Assembly: GCF_054482525.1 (NCBI RefSeq)
Contig: NZ_JBTHVG010000003.1
Reading direction: 5' to 3' (one strand)
Source of the DNA: a plasmid
Length of the DNA stretch: 64,000 nt
Shown: positions 1-9,698 of the stretch, piece by piece
How the letters are laid out: the number at the start of each line of letters is the position of its first letter
How positions within the stretch are numbered: position 1 is the first letter of the stretch
Translations under genes and position numbers: made by a program
Notes under the pieces: model-generated
Seen by the model: the letters and a program-made list of their open reading frames with translations, nothing else
Told to the model about the DNA's origin: nothing
Databases searched by the model: none

Positions 1-664
1 GGTAGGGTCCTTCAACGTTGAGTTTTTTCAGCGAGAACTTGCTAAAAAACCCGATCAGGACATTTTTCCTGTTGCTGGTACGATTTATCCCGTTGAAGAA
101 AAGAGCATCATTAAAGAACTGGAAGAACGCGCACAAAAATATGACTGGGAAGGTGCAAAAAAAAGGGCCGTTGCGGACACCTGGAAAAATCAATGGATGG
201 TCGATCTCCCTCCTGCCCAGGAACACAAAGAATTTTTAATTGACCCTACAGTGAGGGTCACTCAGGACGTAAAAGATAAGCAGGGCCGTGTAATAGCTTC
301 CGCCGGTGAGTTGATTAATCCACTTTCGAGATTTCCTCAAAACCTGACGATGATAATTTTCGATCCACTCAATCCGGGCCAGCTGGTATGGGCTGAGCAG
401 CAGTATCGACAACGTCTGGGTAGTGGAAAAGTAATGCCAATGTTTACCCGTATCCAAAAAGATAATGGATGGGATCACCTAAATGATTTACGTGAAAAAT
501 TTAACGGTAAGGTGTTTAAAGTAAACGAACAGATTATCTCACGCTTTCAGATTAAAAATACACCTGCGCTTATAACTACTGACCAAGATAAATTCCGGAT
601 CACCCTGTTTAGCGAGGCAGAAGTCCGTGGAATCGGAGCCCCAAATCTTTCAGAGGAAAAATAA
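1..664 (+). CDS. traW: Conjugative transfer protein TraW/TrhW-like, 5' partial (gene begins before window)
   Basis: Frame 2 is open from nt 2 to the TAA at 662-664 (ORF-track fragment 197..664); lies immediately upstream of traU as in F-type T4SS operons. Family assignment is by position and size, not by a motif I can name. Confidence 0.55.
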   Translation, partial: VGSFNVEFFQRELAKKPDQDIFPVAGTIYPVEEKSIIKELEERAQKYDWEGAKKRAVADTWKNQWMVDLPPAQEHKEFLIDPTVRVTQDVKDKQGRVIASAGELINPLSRFPQNLTMIIFDPLNPGQLVWAEQQYRQRLGSGKVMPMFTRIQKDNGWDHLNDLREKFNGKVFKVNEQIISRFQIKNTPALITTDQDKFRITLFSEAEVRGIGAPNLSEEK

Positions 665-665
665 T

Positions 666-800
666 ATGAAACTCGGATTTATTATAGGCGCTCTCTTTGC
701 AACATGGCTGACGCTAAATTATCCGGACCAGATGAGAAGTTATTTTACCAAAGCCGTCGACTATATCGAAAGTGTTGCAACATTTATTACATCCAAGTGA
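666..800 (+). CDS. Small hydrophobic ORF (44 aa) between traW and traU
   Basis: ATG at 666 overlaps the traW stop (TAATATG); translation MKLGFIIGALFATWLTLNYPDQ... has a predicted TM segment; its TGA at 798-800 sits 2 nt before the traU ATG. Below the ORF-track size cutoff. Confidence 0.25.
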   Translation: MKLGFIIGALFATWLTLNYPDQMRSYFTKAVDYIESVATFITSK

Positions 801-802
801 GC

Positions 803-1864
803 ATGATGGTGAAAAAATTCAAAAAGTTACTTTTAGAGTTCATTGTAGCAGTTATGCTTTCGCTTTCTATACCTGGTATGGCTATGGCAGCAGATGCTGG
901 AGTCCCTGGGGCTATGTGTCAGTCAGCTGGAGTGTGGCAGGGCTTGATTAAGAATATCTGTTGGAGCTGCATTTTTCCCATGAGGATAATGGGCATAGGG
1001 GCTGCTCCAGAAGGCGCTGCACCTTCACGTCCGGGTTGCTACTGCACAGATCAGAACGGCGTACCGGAAATAGGTTGGCAATTGAGCTTCTTTCAGCCGG
1101 TGAAGATTGTAGAAGTTGTAAAGAGCCCCTGGTGCAGCCCCTTTCTTGAAGGCACGATGCTTCAAAAATCGCAGTTTGATATTGGTAAAAGCAACACTAA
1201 TCAGCCAATGACAGCAACTGAAGCCGGATTTTACGATGTTCATCTTTGGGAGTTCCCAATCATGACAATGCTCAAATTACTGATTATTGGCGAGTGCACT
1301 GCTGAACCCTATATAGATGCCAGCCTGACCTATATAAGCGAAGTGGACCCTATGTGGGAAAGTGATCTGCTTACACTCGTCCTGAATCCCGAGGCAGTAG
1401 TTTTTGCAAACCCAATTGCCTCAATGGTGTGCGCTGCTGACTGTGTAGCAGTAACAGCAGGAAAGGATAATCTCGCTGCATACTTTTGTGCCGGATGCGA
1501 TGGCAACCTTTACCCATTAACCGGCCACATTTACGCAAATGATGACGCTGTAAGGACGAGTTCACTGATTACCCAGCGTCTTCTGACAAAACTACATCGC
1601 CAAGGCATGCTGATGCGAACGATGGGAGCAGACGCAATGTGTGAGAAAACGTGGGAATACTTTACACCACGTTCCCAGTATCGGCTTTCAATGCTTTTCC
1701 CTACTCCTGAGGCGAAGGGACCGGATTGCTGTCATCGTCTTGGTGATTCGGTACACGACTGGTCAACCCTTAAAGGTGGGCGCAAAAAAATAGGCAACGA
1801 TAATTATGTCTATATGTTGTGGCGTTACAATGACTGTTGTGTTCGCTACGTTCCAGGCGTTTGA
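803..1864 (+). CDS. traU: Conjugal transfer protein TraU/TrhU
   Basis: Signal peptide then conserved TraU blocks ICWSCIFP and LNPEAVVFANPIA...KLHRQGMLM; Cys-rich. Start moved to the internal ATG at 803 (ORF-track ORF 704..1864). Confidence 0.9.
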   Translation: MMVKKFKKLLLEFIVAVMLSLSIPGMAMAADAGVPGAMCQSAGVWQGLIKNICWSCIFPMRIMGIGAAPEGAAPSRPGCYCTDQNGVPEIGWQLSFFQPVKIVEVVKSPWCSPFLEGTMLQKSQFDIGKSNTNQPMTATEAGFYDVHLWEFPIMTMLKLLIIGECTAEPYIDASLTYISEVDPMWESDLLTLVLNPEAVVFANPIASMVCAADCVAVTAGKDNLAAYFCAGCDGNLYPLTGHIYANDDAVRTSSLITQRLLTKLHRQGMLMRTMGADAMCEKTWEYFTPRSQYRLSMLFPTPEAKGPDCCHRLGDSVHDWSTLKGGRKKIGNDNYVYMLWRYNDCCVRYVPGV

Positions 1865-1882
1865 TTTCTAAGGAGAAAATAA

Positions 1883-4800
1883 GTGAAACTTAGAAAAACA
1901 ATCACCTCAGCGATTATTGCATCAATGGTTGCCAATACTATGAGTTGGGCTTTTTATGTCACACTCATAAACATGGTAATGACACCACGTGTTTACGCTG
2001 CTGACGCTATATTTGACCAGCTCGAAAATAATTTTAACCTTGCAAATCCTAACGCAAATCGCAATGCAACCACCAGTGCTCAGGACATTGTGGAGAAATA
2101 CAAGAACGCGGATTCAGGCGAGAATGTCAGTGGGAAGATCACCGAGAAATACGTGGGTAAAGCCGAATCCGCTAATCTTAATCTCGGGAAGTATGGGGCA
2201 GGGAACTCTAATGAAAGTGTCATGAAAAATGCCGCATCCGATGGAAAGTCTATTGGTAGCGCCGTACAACTGCCGAGTATGTCTGGAGGGACAATCAATT
2301 CAAACTACACCAAGGAAGGGGCAAAGCTGCTCTCTCGTGATGCTAATGGCAACATTGGTATAAGCAGTAATCCCAATACTACTCCTGGAACCAAAACAAA
2401 TACGGGAGAGATTTTCAGCTCAGAGCAAAAGCACAGCGATATAAAGTTCAACGCCGCAGATCGTTATGGGGATGAGGATGGCTTTGTTAACGATATAAAG
2501 AATCGGAAAAGCCAGTTATTTGATGCTCAAAGTTATGATGGCGTTGCCTACCGCACCCTCGTAAATGCTAACAAGGACAACCCGGCATCGTCTGTAAAGC
2601 CTAACGATCCCATGTTTACTGCGGGGAGAAATGAGATAACCAATGCTGTTGCTGGTACTGGAAACTGGCTTCAGAACTGTAATGTTGAGACCTCCAAAAA
2701 AACAGTAACCACACACTATCCTGATTACAAAGAGTTCTACTGTAACTCGCCTAAGCAAGATAACTTCAGCAGCTGCACGATAACTCGTGACTTCTCTGTT
2801 CCTGTATACATTTCAGGCGGAAACGGAGACATGTCGATGTGCGGCGATAATTGTGTGCGTATATGGTTTGGTCGCCGTGATGACAACTACTGGAGTGACG
2901 GGGTATTTGATAACGAACTGACATTAAAATTCCATCCGGATGCAAAATTGGCCTCAGCAAAGATTGTTAACGCGGAGTGGGATGACCACATGCGGGTAAC
3001 ACTTGATGGCACGCAGATTTTTGCTCACATAGATGGTGCATATCGAGAAAGTGACTATCCGGCTCCAAAGGGATCTTGGGAGTTAAAAAAATCGTGGAAA
3101 CTCGACAAAGTATACGATGTAACTGAAAAGGTCAGAAAATCAGTTTATGAAGAACCTGATCGTGAAGTGACAATGGCATCCAGAGTCTGGGTTGGTGGGG
3201 GAGGTGAAGGGTACTTTGAGGTTGAGCTGACGTTTGAAAATATGAAGCTCGAAGATAAGCACGTCCAGGAACCAGCTGGTTGTTACGATGCTGTACAAAC
3301 ACCAAATACATTCTGCCGTTTCGATCGGTTTAAAGATATGGATGTTGGCACGAAGCGGCTTCCGGAAAGCGTGCTTTCTATGGCAAAGCCGCTGTATGAA
3401 GGCGATAAAGGCTTTCTTACCTGGAAGACTAACCTTGAAGGCTATTTTTGTGATCCATTGGCTAAAGACAAGATTTGCTCTTATGACGCCAGTGGGAAAA
3501 TTATGAAAGACGCTAATGGAAAGGACCTCTGTTACAACTACGAAGAAATTAAGAGTATGCCTGATGCATGTAGTTCTTATAAAAATGATGCAGCATGTGT
3601 ACTCGATAAACAAACATGTGCAGAGGGTTGGTTCGATGAGGGCACTAACAGCTGCTACATGTATGAACAGAAATACACCTGTGACAGAGGTAAGGATGTA
3701 GTTCGTGAGGTTGAATCTTCTACAAATGCCTGTGTTGGCATGATCCCATGTTCTGGAGGAACATGCGAAACTGGGCCAAAGGAAGAGAACAACGATTTTG
3801 GAAAAGTTGCGGCTTATTCAAACATGGTTCAGTACATGCAGGGCGAAGCCAAATGCGAAGACCCTAACGATGCCAATTCCTGTTCTGTCTTTGAAGGAAA
3901 ACCTGAATGGTGTGGTCGTTCAGTAGGCTTTGTAAATGGCCTGGCAAAGACGGACTGCTGCGAAGCACCGCAGGGAACCGCAGGAGCACTTGAAGGTATC
4001 ATGCTTGCCGGATCTATGATCAGAAACACTAACTGGACCAGAGTTAATGCTCAGCTAATAAAATGGACCGGCGGTGATACAGGTACATGGGCTTCTATGT
4101 CCAATGCGGTCGGTGAGTGGACTGCATCAGCTGGTAAAACAGTAGGGCAAATGTGGAACAATGTCACGAGCTCCTTAACGAGCGTATATGAAAACGTCGC
4201 TGGTAATCTAAGCAGGGCAGTTGGGTCTTCCGCAACTTCTGGAGGGGCAGGAGGTGCTGGCCAGTTGGCACAGGAAACAATGTCCAGCTTCGGTATAGGT
4301 CAGCTTAAGCAGATGGCAATGAAGAAAGCCTACGAATTGCTACCAGATACAGTTCGAGACTTTGTCTTTAAGAACGTTGCTACTACCGGAGGAGAGGTTG
4401 TCTTCTCGGCTGCGGTTCAAAACTTTATGCTTGCATTAAACGTGATCGGTTGGATTTATACAGCCTATCAGGTCACTAAAATGCTTTTAGAAATGTTGGT
4501 AGCATGCGACCAGAAAGAGATGGAAGCTTCTATTCATAAGAATCAAAAATCCTGTTTTACATTAGATACGGAACGATGCGTCAAATATCTGAATGTTGGT
4601 TTCACAAAGAAATGCGTTAAAAAAGCAACAGACATGTGCTGTTATAATTCCATGTTGTCACGCGTTATTATGCAACAAGCTTATCCGCAATTAGGAATAG
4701 ACCCTGTCGCCTCTAATTGCGTGGGGCTATCAATAAAGCAAATACAGCAACTGGATTTCGATAAAATTGATCTGACGGAGTGGATTAATGATGCAGTTCA

Positions 4801-5071
4801 GGTAGGAGAAGTTCCTGATCAATATTCAAAATTCTCCGAAGAATCAATTGTGGAAAACTTACCATTCCAGAATGAGAACTATCAACTTCCATCAGAACGT
4901 ACCAAGGAAGCAATGGGCGGTGAAGAAAATATGATAAAGGCCAGACAAGAAAATGCTCAGGCTATAAAAGAGGAAAATGTAGATTGTAGCTATTTACCTC
5001 GACCGGCCATATGTGAGGTAGGTTCAACTACGCTGGATCCGGTTACGGGCAAGCAGTTGCCGAAATATTGA
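1883..5071 (+). CDS. traN: Mating-pair stabilisation protein TraN/TrhN-like (1062 aa, Cys-rich)
   Basis: GTG start with AAGGAG RBS; N-terminal signal peptide; many conserved Cys pairs, C-terminal CC motif (KKATDMCCYNSMLSRV); directly follows traU; size matches the long TrhN-type proteins of IncHI/SXT-like elements. Confidence 0.8.
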   Translation: MKLRKTITSAIIASMVANTMSWAFYVTLINMVMTPRVYAADAIFDQLENNFNLANPNANRNATTSAQDIVEKYKNADSGENVSGKITEKYVGKAESANLNLGKYGAGNSNESVMKNAASDGKSIGSAVQLPSMSGGTINSNYTKEGAKLLSRDANGNIGISSNPNTTPGTKTNTGEIFSSEQKHSDIKFNAADRYGDEDGFVNDIKNRKSQLFDAQSYDGVAYRTLVNANKDNPASSVKPNDPMFTAGRNEITNAVAGTGNWLQNCNVETSKKTVTTHYPDYKEFYCNSPKQDNFSSCTITRDFSVPVYISGGNGDMSMCGDNCVRIWFGRRDDNYWSDGVFDNELTLKFHPDAKLASAKIVNAEWDDHMRVTLDGTQIFAHIDGAYRESDYPAPKGSWELKKSWKLDKVYDVTEKVRKSVYEEPDREVTMASRVWVGGGGEGYFEVELTFENMKLEDKHVQEPAGCYDAVQTPNTFCRFDRFKDMDVGTKRLPESVLSMAKPLYEGDKGFLTWKTNLEGYFCDPLAKDKICSYDASGKIMKDANGKDLCYNYEEIKSMPDACSSYKNDAACVLDKQTCAEGWFDEGTNSCYMYEQKYTCDRGKDVVREVESSTNACVGMIPCSGGTCETGPKEENNDFGKVAAYSNMVQYMQGEAKCEDPNDANSCSVFEGKPEWCGRSVGFVNGLAKTDCCEAPQGTAGALEGIMLAGSMIRNTNWTRVNAQLIKWTGGDTGTWASMSNAVGEWTASAGKTVGQMWNNVTSSLTSVYENVAGNLSRAVGSSATSGGAGGAGQLAQETMSSFGIGQLKQMAMKKAYELLPDTVRDFVFKNVATTGGEVVFSAAVQNFMLALNVIGWIYTAYQVTKMLLEMLVACDQKEMEASIHKNQKSCFTLDTERCVKYLNVGFTKKCVKKATDMCCYNSMLSRVIMQQAYPQLGIDPVASNCVGLSIKQIQQLDFDKIDLTEWINDAVQVGEVPDQYSKFSEESIVENLPFQNENYQLPSERTKEAMGGEENMIKARQENAQAIKEENVDCSYLPRPAICEVGSTTLDPVTGKQLPKY

Positions 5072-5075
5072 AGAA

Positions 5076-5097
5076 GGGGCCGTTAGGCCCCTTTTTT
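5076..5097. terminator. Bidirectional rho-independent terminator between convergent traN and lipoprotein gene
   Basis: GGGGCC-GTTA-GGCCCC stem-loop followed by T6, with an A-rich run on the other side. Confidence 0.7.
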
Positions 5098-5099
5098 AA

Positions 5100-5972
5100 T
5101 TACTTGGCTTTCAATGTTTTTTCTGGGAAGCCTTTTTTACCGTATTCACCGGTAAAGAGGTAATAATCTTTTCCGTTGATGGAGGCTGCAACACCCCCTG
5201 GAGTTGTTGTATTTGGGCTATCAGAACGGAAAATGATACCCGAAAAATCAGCGCTTGTTTCGTTTCCTTTAAATGGGATGAACACATAACGAATTACAGC
5301 GTAATCACCAGCGGGAAGGTTTAGCTGAGGAATTTCGGTTCCTGTTGCGGGGCGAATCGCCTGAAAGCTGTACATTGAATCTGTAGGGAAAACATCAGCA
5401 TCAGGCTTAGAGGGCAGATCACAGGTACTCCATTTATTGACGACTGCCATATCAATTTTACATGTGGCCAGAGCTGCTTTCTGTTTTTCAGGGTTGTATC
5501 CAAATGAGGCCTGAGTTGCTTTTGTATGCTCAAAAACATACTTAGCTCCTTCACGTACCAAACTTTCATCATTGTAAGGCAATTTTTTTGGATTGGGGAC
5601 GAACACTAGGTATTGATTGACCTGGATGTATTCGGCGTCAGAAGAACTGTACAAAGAGCCGAGGCTCATGATCCCAAAACCTTTTAGACCGCCTGTTACG
5701 TAGCCCATCGAACTATTGATGAGATACTTAGAAAGAAAGTTGTCGGCATCCCCTCCAGGAGTAACCTCTTGCTCCTTAAAATTAACGTCGAAACCAGCAA
5801 ACGAATAGGCATTCTTGGCGACAGAATCATTTGCTTTAGCATGCCAGTACTGGCCGTGACTGTACGCATTCAGAGCGGTGCCTGGCGTAGTGCCGGTGTC
5901 ACCGGCACAACCCGATAGGGAAAAACCAATGACGACAGAAGAGACCAGAGATACTAAACGTAAAAGTTTCAT
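5100..5972 (-). CDS. Lipoprotein, unknown function
   Basis: Signal peptide with lipobox LSGC (MKLLRLVSLVSSVVIGFSLSGCAG); convergent with traN. Confidence 0.6.
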   Translation of the reverse strand: MKLLRLVSLVSSVVIGFSLSGCAGDTGTTPGTALNAYSHGQYWHAKANDSVAKNAYSFAGFDVNFKEQEVTPGGDADNFLSKYLINSSMGYVTGGLKGFGIMSLGSLYSSSDAEYIQVNQYLVFVPNPKKLPYNDESLVREGAKYVFEHTKATQASFGYNPEKQKAALATCKIDMAVVNKWSTCDLPSKPDADVFPTDSMYSFQAIRPATGTEIPQLNLPAGDYAVIRYVFIPFKGNETSADFSGIIFRSDSPNTTTPGGVAASINGKDYYLFTGEYGKKGFPEKTLKAK

Positions 5973-6151
5973 TTAAAGCCCTTTTTGTAATGTCTTTTGG
6001 AGATGGAACCATTATTCCATAGTCACGCGTTTCACAAACAACCTGATTGCATAAAAAAGGAAAAAAAGTGATTTCCAGTAGAACCAGCAGTACACAAGAA
6101 AAGCGCTTTTATAAAAATGTATAATTATTAAAACGAAGTAATGAGGTTGAA

Positions 6152-7936
6152 ATGGGTAAGCCAACAGAAGAGCAAAGACCTGTTATCGAGAATGCTAGCG
6201 CAAACAATATGGTGATAGCAGCGCCTGGATCAGGCAAATCATTCACCATGATAGAAGCGGTTATATCGATTCTCAAAAAGTATCCATATGCAAGAATCGG
6301 GATGGTGACCTTTACTCGCGCTGCAACAAACGCACTTGCAGCAAAGTTACAAAAGCGATTGAGCAAGAAGGATCTTGACCGGGTGCTGGTGGATACTTTT
6401 CACGGACTCGTTAAGAAGCAACTGGACATGATTCGCTGGCCGGGAAAGATGTTGATAGGGCCAGCACAGAGATCTGTCATTCACCGGGCTTTGAAAGAAT
6501 CCGGTGTAACGATGAAGTTTGCTGAAGCTGAATTCGTTATTGATGCTATCGGCAGAGAAATGGATACGGATGTGATTTCAGTTCGGCATAACAGACAACA
6601 GATCCATTTATTTAATACCTATCAGGCGTTATGCCAGAAAGACCATGTGGCGGACCTCAATGCTCTTTCAAAATTTGTTGTCGGTCAAATGCATTCGGGA
6701 AAAATGCGCACGTTAGATTTGACACATTTGATAGTAGACGAAGTTCAGGATACTGACTCTATACAATTCTCATGGATAGCATTGCATACAAGAGCTGGAG
6801 TCTATACGAGTATAGTTGGAGACGATGATCAGGCCATCTACTCCTTCAGATCCTCAGGAGGAGTCAAAATATTTCAACAGTTTGAAAAACACTTCAGACC
6901 TAACATATTTTACTTAAACACATGCTTTAGGTGTGAACCTGAAATTTTAGAGGTGGCCGGAGCACTGATAGGAAAGAATGTTTACCGTTATGCCAAAGAG
7001 TTACGCTCGGCAAAAAAGGGAGGAGGAAAGGTCACTTTTCGTTCATATGTAGATATGGAGGAACAGATACAGGGTATTTTAAGCCTTATAAATCAGGATC
7101 CACATGGATGGGCAATTCTAAGCCGCAATAATGCTCACTTGGATGAGCTAGAAAGTTTGATCGAACAGCCAGTAATTCGTTACGGAGGTAAATCATTCTG
7201 GGATGAAAAAGAAACAAGCGATGTGTTAAGCCTTATGGCCTTTTTCCGACAATCAAATGATCCTCGCTTAATGAAGAGAGTATTGGCATTGTTTGGAGAA
7301 CAGGAATCAGTTTTGGATGATGTGGCATTGAGTATGAGAGGAAGAAAAGTTACTTTTGGCGACCTTGCCATCCCGGAGGACAGTTCTCTCGAAACAAAAA
7401 CATTACATTCAAACTTCGTGCGCTTTACCCAGGAAAGTACTGATAAAGTTGAGATAGCAAAACGTTTCGCCAACCTTACGAAATGGATGGAATCGTCGTC
7501 AATCAAGATGAGGAGTAATAAAGGTACAGCAACCTTAACAAAAATTGCTTTAGACACTTGTAAACAGTGGGCAGAAAAGACTGGTTGGATGAATATGATC
7601 AATCGTGCTGCTGCAATGTCATTAGGCCCTAGGAAGAAGGACGAGGAATACAGCCCAGAGAAAGTAGTCCTATCAACCTTGCATGGTTCAAAGGGTCTTG
7701 AGTGGAATAAAGTAATAATAATGAGTTGTAATGCGGATCAGATACCAAGTAAAAGATCAGTTGGGGAGGAGGCAATAGAAGAAGAAAGACGTTTGCTTTA
7801 TGTTGGATTTACGCGTGCAGAAAAGCAACTTTTTGTAATGTGGTATGGTGACCCTTCTTTCTTTTTAAGAGAATGCAGTGAAGAAAAGATAAAAGAAGCA
7901 GCTAATATTCGAATTTCTCCAGTTTATACAGAATAA
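6152..7936 (+). CDS. UvrD/Rep/PcrA-like SF1 DNA helicase (594 aa), solitary
   Basis: Walker A AAPGSGKS, motif II LIVDEVQDTDS, motif III GDDDQAIYSFR, motif V VLSTLHGSKGLEWNKVII, motif VI YVGFTRAEKQL; GAGG RBS 5 nt upstream of the ATG. Confidence 0.85.
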   Translation: MGKPTEEQRPVIENASANNMVIAAPGSGKSFTMIEAVISILKKYPYARIGMVTFTRAATNALAAKLQKRLSKKDLDRVLVDTFHGLVKKQLDMIRWPGKMLIGPAQRSVIHRALKESGVTMKFAEAEFVIDAIGREMDTDVISVRHNRQQIHLFNTYQALCQKDHVADLNALSKFVVGQMHSGKMRTLDLTHLIVDEVQDTDSIQFSWIALHTRAGVYTSIVGDDDQAIYSFRSSGGVKIFQQFEKHFRPNIFYLNTCFRCEPEILEVAGALIGKNVYRYAKELRSAKKGGGKVTFRSYVDMEEQIQGILSLINQDPHGWAILSRNNAHLDELESLIEQPVIRYGGKSFWDEKETSDVLSLMAFFRQSNDPRLMKRVLALFGEQESVLDDVALSMRGRKVTFGDLAIPEDSSLETKTLHSNFVRFTQESTDKVEIAKRFANLTKWMESSSIKMRSNKGTATLTKIALDTCKQWAEKTGWMNMINRAAAMSLGPRKKDEEYSPEKVVLSTLHGSKGLEWNKVIIMSCNADQIPSKRSVGEEAIEEERRLLYVGFTRAEKQLFVMWYGDPSFFLRECSEEKIKEAANIRISPVYTE

Positions 7937-8330
7937 TTCGATATGGGCATTTACTTATGCTTAAAGCTATAGTATAAAAACAATGAGCTTAAATATCAGC
8001 TCCCAAATTTGAGTAACTTTGCTTAAAGTTACTTTCGCGTTAAGCGTTGATTTAGCCGTGAAAAGCGGCCAGCTTAAACAAGCTGTAAGACACCACCGGC
8101 AAAATGTCACCTTTGTCGCTGGTGCACTTCCCATGCCTGAAAAAGGCAATCTGAATTTACCAAACCGTAACTAATTTAGCTCCTCCTGGAGCTATTTTTG
8201 TTGCGTACTTCTAATGCCAGATAGTATAAATCAGGCGGTTCATAGCTTACGGGAGATGAATGACAGGCTTTGCCTTCGTGTTGAAACAAAAAATTGTTTC
8301 TTCCTTCTTACTATATATAGGTGACCCCAA

Positions 8331-9203
8331 ATGTCTAAAAATAAAGCTCGCAGTAAAGCCCTTCATCAAACCTTTAGTGAAATTATTCCAGAGATGGATA
8401 AGGCGCTAAACAAACAGCTCTTAGAAGTTCTGATGAAATATACAGAACGTGATAATGAACTGATTGTTATTTTGAATGAGGACGGCCCAAATATCATTGA
8501 ACTTAAGTCTCTTAAGCCTGTGTCGTTGTTGGCCGAAAAGCTTTCTGCTTATTCAAGCTATTATCATGTGGATGTTGTGGAGCTCGTGGTCAAGAAAATT
8601 GATTTCGAAGGAGCTTATAAGCTTCTTAAAGCTTCCCCAGATGTACCACTTTTTAAAAGCTTAACTGAACTGGATAAATATCTTGTTGAGGAGTTTGAAA
8701 AATACGGATTAAATTCATTTCTTGACGTGGATAATCTGGATTACTCACTTGAAAAAGCCAGTGAACTCAAAAATGAGCAGTTAATAAATTGGGTTTCGGA
8801 CATCATTTGCAAACGTGAAAAATTAACTTTACGTAAGCGTTTTGATGTCGCAGTAAAGGCCCACTACGAAAATGTAGAAAAAATGTATGATACCATTCGT
8901 CCGTTAATGAAAAAACTGGGTTTCCCAGAAGATCTCATGACGCACACCTTTAGTGAGTTAAGCGTTTTTGAAACTAAAGGATGGGACCATGCAATAAAAT
9001 CGAAAATTGAGACTCTCGCTAAGCGTGAAACTCAATATTTAGATGATGCGGCTAAAGCAGAGAATCGACGTCTTGTAACAGAGAAGTTGGAGAACTCTTT
9101 AGCGATTGCACCAACTAAACCAACAAGAAATTGGTTACATATTGCCGGAATTGCCTGTTTGGTAGTCTGCACGTTCATGTATGTAACTAATAAATTTATT
9201 TAA
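8331..9203 (+). CDS. Hypothetical protein with C-terminal membrane anchor
   Basis: 290-aa ORF, AT-rich codon usage, C-terminal hydrophobic helix WLHIAGIACLVVCTFMYV; no recognised motif. Confidence 0.5.
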   Translation: MSKNKARSKALHQTFSEIIPEMDKALNKQLLEVLMKYTERDNELIVILNEDGPNIIELKSLKPVSLLAEKLSAYSSYYHVDVVELVVKKIDFEGAYKLLKASPDVPLFKSLTELDKYLVEEFEKYGLNSFLDVDNLDYSLEKASELKNEQLINWVSDIICKREKLTLRKRFDVAVKAHYENVEKMYDTIRPLMKKLGFPEDLMTHTFSELSVFETKGWDHAIKSKIETLAKRETQYLDDAAKAENRRLVTEKLENSLAIAPTKPTRNWLHIAGIACLVVCTFMYVTNKFI

Positions 9204-9260
9204 TCCTGTTAAGGGGGAACCCTAACGGGGCTTCTCTTTGAACAAATCGAGGAGCGGAAA

Positions 9261-9638
9261 ATGTCATATCTTGAATATATCAATGAAGTAAAAGTGTCCG
9301 GGATAGTTATCAGTGCTGTGGAGAAAAAAATGACTGACCAGAGTATAGGTTTGTTAATAAAGCTCAAAAATAGGATGAAGACAGAAGTTGATGGTGAAAT
9401 CACTGAGAGAGAATTTTCAGTTCAAATCAAGGTGTCGCCTGAAATGTATTCAACCTGTTTCACTGGTATAAATCAGGGTGATGAGTTGATGGTCTCCGGT
9501 TATATTGTTGTCGATACTATTATGATTGAAGGGAGAGAACATCCTCTTGACTACATGAGAGTGGTAGCAACAAGTAAGTTGGCTCACATACCTAAACCTC
9601 TAAAAGGTTTTGGACAAAGTAGCTTTAATCAGATCTGA
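9261..9638 (+). CDS. Hypothetical protein, possible OB-fold ssDNA-binding-like
   Basis: 125 aa with GAGGAG RBS; beta-rich pattern loosely resembling SSB/PriB. Weak assignment. Confidence 0.4.
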   Translation: MSYLEYINEVKVSGIVISAVEKKMTDQSIGLLIKLKNRMKTEVDGEITEREFSVQIKVSPEMYSTCFTGINQGDELMVSGYIVVDTIMIEGREHPLDYMRVVATSKLAHIPKPLKGFGQSSFNQI

Positions 9639-9658
9639 CATTAAACCCACCCTAAAGG

Positions 9659-9689
9659 GGAGAAATCCCTTCATGGGATTTCTCCTTTT
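9659..9689 (+). terminator. Intrinsic terminator-like hairpin
   Basis: GGAGAAATCCC-TTCAT-GGGATTTCTCC perfect 11-bp stem followed by TTTT; lies between ORFs 9261..9638 and 9699..10676. Confidence 0.6.
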
Positions 9690-9698
9690 GGAGTCCCC

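Noticed and set aside
18-239. 73-aa plus-strand ORF at the window start
   Set aside because: It overlaps, in a different frame, the open reading frame that continues into traW (frame 2, open from nt 2 to 664).
7180-7602. 140-aa minus-strand ORF
   Set aside because: Antisense to the UvrD-like helicase, whose motifs are intact in the plus frame.
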